Part shown: piece by piece, positions 27,654 through 36,230 of the stretch | Layout: every line of letters starts with the position of its first letter | How positions within the stretch are numbered: position 1 is the first letter of the stretch | Assembly (NCBI GenBank): GCA_030643245.1 | Contig: DAOWME010000002.1 | Location: 1-41,390, forward strand | Length of the DNA: 41,390 nt | Direction: 5' to 3' | Origin: Deltaproteobacteria bacterium | Lineage (GTDB): Bacteria; Desulfobacterota; UBA8473 | Translations under genes and position numbers: made by a program | The notes under the pieces: generated by a model | The model's database searches: none | What the model was told of the DNA's origin: nothing | What the model saw: only the letters and a program-made list of their open reading frames with translations

Positions 27654-27854
27654 TGTCCCTTTTGGCATCTTTCATTCAACTTCAAAAGTTCTTCCTCCTG
27701 GTATTTCTATATCCAGAGGAAGGGAGAAAACTCACTCTTACAGCCTTCAAACCGCTATCTGGGGTTCATGAAAAAAAAACAATGCTCTGTTCGAAAAAAT
27801 CAGACCACAGAACCCTCCAAAAACATTTATCTCAACTGTAAAGGGACACTACCG
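27647..27854. repeat. 208-bp element bounded by a perfect 15-bp inverted repeat (Family 4, single copy here)
   Basis: cggtagtgtcccttt (27647-27661) pairs with aaagggacactaccg (27840-27854). The left arm contains the recQ TAG stop (27651-27653). The interior has a cttcctcctgg...ccagaggaag hairpin and a Family-2-like terminus, ggcatctttcatt, at 27663. Confidence 0.6.
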
Positions 27855-28066
27855 GACAACTGATAGCGCAATAAATTTCTCGTTGCCCGGCTAGGTCTTC
27901 CACAGGCGCATCCTATGATTTTAATCATTCTTTGACGAACGCCCTTGACAAACCTGCATCAAAATAGGATAGTGCCGATCAGATAGAGATGGGGAAACGG
28001 TTTTACGATAAGGGACCACCTGCAAGTGAGGGAAATGGAATGATAGGGAGTTCAGATAAGAAGTGA

Positions 28067-29071
<1,005 letters not shown>

Positions 29072-29073
29072 AC

Positions 29074-30387
29074 TCATTCTGCCAGGTTTTGCTTCCATGC
29101 GTCCAAATCAGTGAGGGCTCTTTCCGTCATCCTTTTTCGTCTAACTTCCCTCCTTGCTTTAACCCCGAGAGGTGGGAAGAGTCCGAAGTTGATATTCATG
29201 GGTTGGAAGTGTCGATCATCGGTCGCAGTGATATGACCGACCAGCGCGCCCATAGCTGTAGTCAGGGGAGGCGGGATTAGTGGAAGCCCATGAATGAGCC
29301 TACTCGCATTGATACCTGCCAACAATCCCATGGCCGCAGACTCCACATAACCCTCCACACCGGTGATCTGCCCTGCGAAGAGTATGGACGGCCGCTTCTT
29401 CAGTTGTAGCGATCGACTCAGTAATCGTCGAGAATTGATGAATGTATTGCGGTGGAGGCTGCCCAACCGGGCAAATACCGCATCTTCCAACCCTGGGATC
29501 ATACGAAATACCCTTTTCTGCTCGTTCCACTTGAGCCTTGTCTGAAACCCCACTATATTATAAAGCGTTCCATAACGGTTGTCCTGCCTCAGCTGGACTA
29601 CTGCATAGGGTCGCCTGCCGGTACTTGGGTCTGTCAGACCTACCGGCTTCATGGGTCCAAAGAGGAGAGTGTCTCTTCCCCTCTCTGCCATATCCTCTAT
29701 AGGCATACAGCCTTCAAACGGAACGGTGTCCTCAAAATTCCTCGTAATTACTTTCTCCGCCGCCATCAGGGCATCAAGAAAGCAATAATACTCCCCTTCC
29801 GTCATAGGACAGTTTATATAGTCGTCTCCGCCCTTTCCATATCTGGAACCCTTGAAAGCGATATCGAAGTTGATGGAATCGACCTCAAGGATTGGTGCGA
29901 TGGCGTCATAGAAATAGAGGTAATTCTCACCGGTATGCTTCTTAATTTCATCTTCGAACGCCTGGGAAGTGAGGGGCCCTGTGGCCACAATTGTCCGAGT
30001 ATCGCTTGGGATATTGCTAACCTCCTCGCGGACAATCGTAACGCGATCAATCCCTTCCAGCGTACGGGTGGTAAGCCGCGAAAAACCCTCTCGGTCTACA
30101 GCCAGGGCGCTTCCAGCCGGCACTCTGGTTTTGTCGGCAGCCGTGATGATGAGGGAATCCATTCTCCTCATCTCTTCTTTAAGGAGTCCTACAGCGTTCT
30201 CTACAGAGTTAGATCGCAGTGAATTACTGCATACAAGCTCGGCGAGATCACTGGAGACGTGTGCAGGAGAAAACCTTTCTGGTTTCATCTCATAGAGTAT
30301 TACGTCAACATCTCTCTTTGTCGCCTGCCATGCAGCCTCACAACCCGCCAACCCGCCACCTATTACTATCAATTTGTCTGTGCTCAT
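29074..30387 (-). CDS. trmFO: Methylenetetrahydrofolate--tRNA-(uracil54-C5)-methyltransferase TrmFO
   Basis: [24 protein letters not shown] motif and [14 protein letters not shown], with Gid/TrmFO-like length. ATG at 30387 (the ORF opens at GTG 30405). The stop lies 2 nt from the mdh stop. Confidence 0.9.
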   Translation of the reverse strand: MSTDKLIVIGGGLAGCEAAWQATKRDVDVILYEMKPERFSPAHVSSDLAELVCSNSLRSNSVENAVGLLKEEMRRMDSLIITAADKTRVPAGSALAVDREGFSRLTTRTLEGIDRVTIVREEVSNIPSDTRTIVATGPLTSQAFEDEIKKHTGENYLYFYDAIAPILEVDSINFDIAFKGSRYGKGGDDYINCPMTEGEYYCFLDALMAAEKVITRNFEDTVPFEGCMPIEDMAERGRDTLLFGPMKPVGLTDPSTGRRPYAVVQLRQDNRYGTLYNIVGFQTRLKWNEQKRVFRMIPGLEDAVFARLGSLHRNTFINSRRLLSRSLQLKKRPSILFAGQITGVEGYVESAAMGLLAGINASRLIHGLPLIPPPLTTAMGALVGHITATDDRHFQPMNINFGLFPPLGVKARREVRRKRMTERALTDLDAWKQNLAE

Positions 30388-30435
30388 ATAGCCCACATTC
30401 CCCACCCTATGAAACTAAGATCATGTATTTATTCA

Positions 30436-30743
30436 GGCATCCTTCATACATCGGTTTACACTTTTTAAATTATGGCTGCTTCAACGGTAGTTAAATTTTA
30501 ACCCGTGCAGAACTCGCATCTAAGTGAGCATAAAGAAAGAACAGTCTAAAGCTACTAAATTTAACCTATAGGTTTTGGAACTACAATCATTCAAAAAACA
30601 TGGCTTTCCCCCTGTTCTTTCTTAACGCTCACTAAAATGCTCAAACAGCTGCACGAATAAAATTTAACCACCGTTGAATCTGTGCCGAGACCGTTTTTTT
30701 ATTCGAAAGTGTAAACTACTTTATAGCTTTTATGAAGGATGAC
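30436..30743 (-). mobile_element. Family-2 MITE-like element (composite copy carrying a nested insertion)
   Basis: The ends ggcatccttcatacatcggtttacactttttaaattatggctgc ... ctgtgccgagaccgttttttta..aagtgtaaactactttatagcttttatgaaggatgac equal the 41107-41219 element in reverse orientation. The copy is interrupted at 30480-30678. Confidence 0.8.
30480..30678. mobile_element. Family-5 palindromic element nested inside the Family-2 copy
   Basis: Absent from the otherwise collinear 41107-41219 copy. Termini are ttcaacggtagttaaatttta / taaaatttaaccaccgttgaa. Arms of about 55 nt are imperfectly complementary (..gtgcag..taagtgagc..aagaaagaacag / ctgttctttctt..gctcacta..ctgcac..). Confidence 0.75.
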
Positions 30744-30834
30744 AAAAAAGGTTGCAAAAAAATATTTTTAATTATAATTTTATTTATTCGTTCCTCCCTC
30801 GCCGCAAACCATTCACTGGCATATTGGAAGGCCC

Positions 30835-33303
30835 ATGATGCACAGACCGTTAATTCCCCTGCTGATCTCTTACTTGACAGGGCTTCTGGTGGGTAATTAT
30901 TTTCATCTTCCCACAGGACCCACCCTGATAGTCACAGCAGCCCTTCTTTTCGTCCTGTTGTTTACAATCCTGTTGGAACGCAAACATGCAAGCGCTGTAT
31001 TCCTCCCTGCCATCTTCATCCTTATAGGGTGTCTCTTCATTAACCCGTATATCCATCCTCAGCTACCCAACAACCATGTGTCGAACTTTTTAAAAAATGA
31101 CTACCTGAACGTTCAAGGAACCCTGTACAACCCGCCAAAATTGCTGGAAGACAGGTCGAGGCTCTATGTAAAGGCCGAAAGGATTTACGTTAATGGCGGC
31201 TACACGGAAGTCACAGGAAGGATCTTGCTCACAATAGGAGAAACTGGAACACACCTGAAATACGGAGACAGGGTAAGGTTCATTTGCAGGTTGCGTCGTC
31301 CGAGGAACTTCCATAACCCGGGAAGTTTTGACTATTCAAGGTACCTGGCCCGTCAGGGGATACTCGTGACCGGTTATGTTAAGAGCAATAAGGATATCGC
31401 CAGAATGGGTGAGGGGTACGGCAACTCTTTTCGGAAGATAATAGAGGATTTGAGGGAAGAGATAAGGGCTTTTATTGATGGAAGGCCGGAACTGAGAAAC
31501 AGGCACCTCGTCAAGGCCCTTCTTCTGGGTGAAAAGGGAGAAGTTTCGCAGAGGACAAAGGAGAATTTCACTTCCGCCGGTGTAGCCCATATCCTTGCCA
31601 TATCAGGTCTCCATATCGGTTTTATTGCCCTAATCGCTTTCATTTGTGCCAGGGGGGCACTGAGGTTATCTCAAAGGTTGATGCTGGCGCTGGACATCAA
31701 TAAAGTCGCGGCTATCCTTACCATATGCCCTGTGCTCTTTTACGCATTCATAGCTGGTTTTGGAACTTCAACATTTCGAGCCACCATCATGATTATAACC
31801 TTTCTACTGGCTATCATAATTGATAGGCAGAGAGATTTGTACAACACCATGGCCCTGGCAGCCTTTATCATCACGCTAATTTCACCACCCTCTATCTTCC
31901 ATGTATCATTTCAATTGTCCTTTGTCTCAGTGCTGGCGATAGTCTATTTGGTCCCCAGGTTCGTGCATTATCTGTCATTGATCCCCGGCCTACCTGCTAA
32001 TCCCGTTCCTCCGGCGGCCAAGAATATCGGCAAATACATCGGCCTTCTAGCCCTCGTATCCATGGCTGCCACCCTGGGAACGGGTCCTATTGTTGCGTAT
32101 AATTTTAACAGGGTTGCCCTCCTCGGGTTCCTTTCAAATATAGTGATAGTCCCTGTAGTTGGTTTCATCGTCGTACCCCTGAGCCTGTTGGTTGGTCTGA
32201 CAATCTTTATTTCGCCTCCTCTGGCATCGTTACTCCTTGGCTTGGATTCCATCGTTATTGACTATGTCGTCTATGCAGTTGGGTCATTTTCGCGTCTTCC
32301 CGGTATCTCTTTTTGGATTACTACTCCCACAATACTGGAGATAATATTATTCTACATCTTTCTTATATTCCTCTTTAATATAGGGAAGCTAAAATGGACC
32401 GGATATGTTGCTGTAACTCTCCTGGCGCTGATCGCATCAGACTACTCCTATTGGTACTATGTCAAAAATTTAAACAAGACCCTTCGTGTGACATTTCTGG
32501 ACGTAGGCCAGGGAGACTCCGCCGTCATTGAATTCCCAAAGGGCAAGAGGATGGTTATAGATGGCGGGGGTTTTTACAACGACAGTTTTGATACAGGCAG
32601 GAATATTCTTGCGCCTTTCCTTTGGAAGGAGAAGATAAAAAGAGTTGATTACCTGGTTTTAAGCCACCCCCATCCCGATCATCTCAATGGACTTCGCTTT
32701 ATTGCCGGGAACTTCGGGGTAAAGGAAATTTGGACCAACGGGCAGGGTACAAACCAGAAACCCTATCATGAACTTATGGAGATAATAGAGCAAAAGGGAC
32801 TGAAAGAGACAGAAATGAACATCCTGACCCCACCCGGAAATATCAACGGGGTGAGGGTGGATGTCTTTAGCCCTCCGAACCAAATGTTAGGGCATCAGAA
32901 GATCGGTTTCCACTCATCCCTCAACAATAACTCACTTGTAGTGAAGTTAACGTTCAAGGAAGTGAGGTTTCTCTTCACAGGAGACATAGAAAAGGAGACA
33001 GAGACAAGGCTAATTGAACTGGGAGAACTGTTGGAGAGCACCGTTATAAAGGTCCCCCACCACGGAAGTCTCACATCCAGCACAAAGGGGTTCTTGAATT
33101 TGGTTCGCCCCTCTCATGCAGTCTTCAGCGCGGGTTACAAGAACAGGTTCAAACTTCCCAGAAAAAAGGTTATTGATAGATACAGGGATCTGGGCTGCGA
33201 AACATACCGAACCGATAGAGATGGGGCGGTTACCATGGTAACGGACGGGGAGTCATTCTCTGTCAAGAAGTTTCGGACCGGTCAGCTGGAAGAATTACAT
33301 TGA
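30835..33303 (+). CDS. comEC: DNA internalisation competence protein ComEC/Rec2
   Basis: N-terminal and central polytopic competence domain (AGVAHILAISGLHIG) and C-terminal metallo-beta-lactamase domain (VGQGDS..., LSHPHPDH, VPHHGS). Confidence 0.9.
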   Translation: MMHRPLIPLLISYLTGLLVGNYFHLPTGPTLIVTAALLFVLLFTILLERKHASAVFLPAIFILIGCLFINPYIHPQLPNNHVSNFLKNDYLNVQGTLYNPPKLLEDRSRLYVKAERIYVNGGYTEVTGRILLTIGETGTHLKYGDRVRFICRLRRPRNFHNPGSFDYSRYLARQGILVTGYVKSNKDIARMGEGYGNSFRKIIEDLREEIRAFIDGRPELRNRHLVKALLLGEKGEVSQRTKENFTSAGVAHILAISGLHIGFIALIAFICARGALRLSQRLMLALDINKVAAILTICPVLFYAFIAGFGTSTFRATIMIITFLLAIIIDRQRDLYNTMALAAFIITLISPPSIFHVSFQLSFVSVLAIVYLVPRFVHYLSLIPGLPANPVPPAAKNIGKYIGLLALVSMAATLGTGPIVAYNFNRVALLGFLSNIVIVPVVGFIVVPLSLLVGLTIFISPPLASLLLGLDSIVIDYVVYAVGSFSRLPGISFWITTPTILEIILFYIFLIFLFNIGKLKWTGYVAVTLLALIASDYSYWYYVKNLNKTLRVTFLDVGQGDSAVIEFPKGKRMVIDGGGFYNDSFDTGRNILAPFLWKEKIKRVDYLVLSHPHPDHLNGLRFIAGNFGVKEIWTNGQGTNQKPYHELMEIIEQKGLKETEMNILTPPGNINGVRVDVFSPPNQMLGHQKIGFHSSLNNNSLVVKLTFKEVRFLFTGDIEKETETRLIELGELLESTVIKVPHHGSLTSSTKGFLNLVRPSHAVFSAGYKNRFKLPRKKVIDRYRDLGCETYRTDRDGAVTMVTDGESFSVKKFRTGQLEELH

Positions 33304-33415
33304 TCTTGGCAGACTTTTCGGCTAGAATACTATGAAATATTAGATGCTAGGCCACCACGGACTAGGAGGCTGTCTTACGATGCAACGGATCTTGGCTTGA
33401 AAGGCATGGATAACA

Positions 33416-34615
33416 ATGAATATAACCGATGACCACATAACCACACCTGACAGTATGCTTCCCAAAAGTGTCCACCATCTTATGGTTGACGGGAAAGATA
33501 TCTACCTCGTCGGCACCGCCCATGTGTCAAAAAAAAGCGTTGAAGATGTGCGCGACACAATCAAGAAGGTGAAGCCGGACGTCGTATGCGTAGAGTTGTG
33601 CGCAGCGCGATACAAGGCTATTGTTGAACGGGATGTCTGGAAGCAGATGGATATCTTTAAGACAATCAGAGAAAAGAAAGCCCTTTTCCTCCTGGCACAG
33701 CTCATAATGACATCATTCTATAGGAAACTCGGGGACCAGCTTGGTGTCCAACCAGGCGCAGAAATGTTAGAAGGCATAAAGCAAGCTGAAAAAAACAAAT
33801 CTGAACTCGTTCTGGCGGACCGCGACATCGAAATCACGTTGAAACGTGTATGGGGATACCTCAACCTCTATAATAAACTGAAGATGATTGTACAACTCGT
33901 AGTTGCCGTCTTCAGTACGGAAAAAATAGATACCCCATTGATAGAGCAAATGAAAAATCACGATCAGCTTGAGACAATACTGGAGTCCTTCGCCAAATCG
34001 TTACCTGAAGTTAAGAAACGCCTCATCGATGAACGAGATATCTTTCTCGCCCGAAAAATCAGAAACGCCCCAGGGAAAAACATTGTAGCCGTTATCGGGG
34101 CTGGACACGTCCCCGGGATTCAAGATCATCTTCATGACAACGCGCCTATAGAACACCTGCTGGAGATTCCCCCAAAATCCATGGCACCATCCATTATTAA
34201 ATGGACAATACCAACATTGATTATTGCACTCCTCGTCCTCGGTTTTCTAAAGGGCGGCGTGGAGCATTCCGTACACTCTATCTACATATGGATACTGGTG
34301 AATGGTATCCTCTCCTCGGTTGGGGCATCGCTTGCCCTAGCCCATCCCCTCACCATAATAGCATCGTTCATAGCAGCGCCCATTACCAGTCTAAACCCCA
34401 TGATTGCCGCCGGCTTGATAGCCGGACTCGTTCAAGCAGGGGTGAAGAAGCCCACGGTTGCCGACCTTGAAGACCTTCCAAATGCCGTGTCCACAGTAAG
34501 GGGATTCTGGATGAACCCCATGAGCAGGATCCTGCTCGTAGTAGTCATGGTCAACCTGGGAAGTTCACTGGGCACATTTATTTCAGGAGGCTGGATCGCG
34601 GCTCGGGTGTTCTGA
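33416..34615 (+). CDS. TraB/PrgY/GumN-family protein with C-terminal membrane domain
   Basis: IYLVGTAHVSKKSVEDV...VCVELC and ERDIFLARKI...IGAGHVPGI motifs, followed by hydrophobic C-terminal helices. Confidence 0.8.
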   Translation: MNITDDHITTPDSMLPKSVHHLMVDGKDIYLVGTAHVSKKSVEDVRDTIKKVKPDVVCVELCAARYKAIVERDVWKQMDIFKTIREKKALFLLAQLIMTSFYRKLGDQLGVQPGAEMLEGIKQAEKNKSELVLADRDIEITLKRVWGYLNLYNKLKMIVQLVVAVFSTEKIDTPLIEQMKNHDQLETILESFAKSLPEVKKRLIDERDIFLARKIRNAPGKNIVAVIGAGHVPGIQDHLHDNAPIEHLLEIPPKSMAPSIIKWTIPTLIIALLVLGFLKGGVEHSVHSIYIWILVNGILSSVGASLALAHPLTIIASFIAAPITSLNPMIAAGLIAGLVQAGVKKPTVADLEDLPNAVSTVRGFWMNPMSRILLVVVMVNLGSSLGTFISGGWIAARVF

Positions 34616-34628
34616 GGAACGAAAATAT

Positions 34629-34817
34629 GGCATCCTCCATATATATAAAAAAGTAGTTTACACTTTACTTGTATCGCTCCAGGTTTCAGGCCTTGTATTT
34701 CTCTTTACTGACACCTGACACCGAAAAGCCATGTGAGGGGCAATTTTCATCAGCCCAGAACTTTGTCTATTGGCGCCCGCATCCCTGAAAAGTCTAAACC
34801 GATAAATGAAAGATGCC
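34629..34817 (+). mobile_element. Family-2 MITE-like element, variant copy (189 bp, divergent interior)
   Basis: The left end ggcatcctccatat..aaaaagtagtttacacttt and right end aaaagtctaaaccgataaatgaaagatgcc match both ends of 41107-41219. The interior is unrelated. Confidence 0.65.
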
Positions 34818-34865
34818 CTTTTTTTCTTTAATTGTCTCGATCATTTATGGTAAATTGTCAGATTA

Positions 34866-35045
34866 GGGACGGGGACGAAATAACTTCCTCAAGTTGGCGC
34901 TCAGATTTAGGTTAGATTTGTTCGATCTGAAAACGCAAAACCGGAGGAATAGTCGAACTATTTTGAGGATTTTGTGTTTGAAGATCGGGCAAAGATGGCC
35001 TGAAGATGAGATGCACAAATGGGGAAGTTATTTCGTCCCCGTCCC
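34866..35045 (-). mobile_element. Family-1 MITE-like element, copy E (complete, 180 bp, inverted orientation)
   Basis: Perfect 23-bp terminal inverted repeat gggacggggacgaaataacttcc / ggaagttatttcgtccccgtccc. Flanked by a direct TTA at 34863-34865 and 35046-35048. Differs from copy A by only a few substitutions (2 noted in the compared segment). Confidence 0.92.
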
Positions 35046-35171
35046 TTAATTGTTTTACCCTATAATACATCTTCACAATCTCCGAACAACGGAGCATCGC
35101 AAGCAATCACTCTTGTCATCTTTCTGCTTGCGGACTCATGGCGATCAGATGCAGCGCCTGGAGGAGACCGC

Positions 35172-36230
35172 TTGGCTGGGACATTGAAACAGCCGAAAAC
35201 AATCTTGGTTCGGTGCCCAAACTGGGTTGGCGATTTGGTTATGGCAACACCGGTTTTTGACTGTCTCAAGAAAAATTTTCCCGAGGCTCGACTCATCGGC
35301 CTAATGAGGAAACGTTTGAGTCAGGTTTTGAAAGATAGCCCATGGTTTGACCAAATCATCGAGGTCAATGACAAGACATCGAGAGGATTCATCCATACAA
35401 TACGGTTGATCCGTAGTTTCACTCCTGATATGGGAATTCTTCTGCCCAACTCCATCCGTTCGACTTTGGAAATGTGGCTCGGAGGAGCAAGAAACATATA
35501 CGGGTATCGAAGAGGGGGGAGAACACCCTTTTTGACCGGTGGTCCACGACCCATTCGCGAGGGATGGAAGATTATCCCCTCACCTATGGTAGCGTATTAC
35601 TCGAAAATTTGTCTTTCAATGGGGCTTGAACTTCCAGAAGAAATGAAGCCGCTGCTTTTCTTTTCAGAGTCGGTCCATAATAAATGTGACCGTTTGCTGA
35701 AAAAGTACGGGATCAACTCCGGCGACTTGGTTATTGGTTTAAACCCGGGAGCACGGTTCGGTTCTTCAAAGTGCTGGCCGCCAAGACATTTCGCCGCCCT
35801 TGCAGAACTCTTTGAAGAGACCTTCCATTGCAAGCTACTCTTACTTGTGGGACCCGGTGAAGACGCCTTGGCGGAGGCTATTGTGGAACAGACTCACGCA
35901 CATATTACAAATACGGCGCCTGATAAGGTCGATTTAGAGCTATTAAAACCCCTGGTTCAACGTTGTCAGCTTCTGGTAACGAACGACACGGGACCACGGC
36001 ATTATGCCGTGGCATTTGACGTCCCGGTCGTGGTGATCATGGGTCCCACAGATCCGCGCTACACAGCATCAAACCTCGAGAAGACCTCTGTGTTGCGTCA
36101 CGACCTGGATTGCTCACCATGTCACAAAAAAGTGTGCCCCCGTGACCATGTTTGCATGAGAGAGATAACACCGGCCATGGTTTTAGAGGCCGGGAAACGA
36201 TTAATGGTTGACAGGATAACCAGGGTATGA
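35172..36230 (+). CDS. Glycosyltransferase family 9 (ADP-heptose:LPS heptosyltransferase-like)
   Basis: KTILVRCPNWVGDLVMATPVF, NPGARFGSSKCWP and LLVTNDTGPRHYAVAF motifs. A TTG at 35172 with GGAGGA 6 nt upstream is the most plausible start. The ORF-track ATG at 35019 lies inside the repeat. Confidence 0.8.
   Translation: MAGTLKQPKTILVRCPNWVGDLVMATPVFDCLKKNFPEARLIGLMRKRLSQVLKDSPWFDQIIEVNDKTSRGFIHTIRLIRSFTPDMGILLPNSIRSTLEMWLGGARNIYGYRRGGRTPFLTGGPRPIREGWKIIPSPMVAYYSKICLSMGLELPEEMKPLLFFSESVHNKCDRLLKKYGINSGDLVIGLNPGARFGSSKCWPPRHFAALAELFEETFHCKLLLLVGPGEDALAEAIVEQTHAHITNTAPDKVDLELLKPLVQRCQLLVTNDTGPRHYAVAFDVPVVVIMGPTDPRYTASNLEKTSVLRHDLDCSPCHKKVCPRDHVCMREITPAMVLEAGKRLMVDRITRV

Noticed and set aside
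27653-27841. A 62-aa ORF between recQ and mdh.
   Set aside because: It lies wholly inside the inverted-repeat element, has no RBS and no ATG start, and has a composition dominated by the element's AT-rich interior.
27989-28066. A 25-aa small ORF (MGKRFYDKGPPASEGNGMIGSSDKK) in the mdh leader.
   Set aside because: It has only a weak RBS and no supporting signal, and it is too short to evaluate from a single sequence.
35019-35171. ORF-track start of the GT9 gene at ATG 35019 ([12 protein letters not shown]...).
   Set aside because: That ATG lies inside the terminal repeat of Family-1 copy E. The conserved heptosyltransferase N-terminus (KTILVR..WVGD) starts much later. The TTG at 35172 has a GGAGGA RBS.
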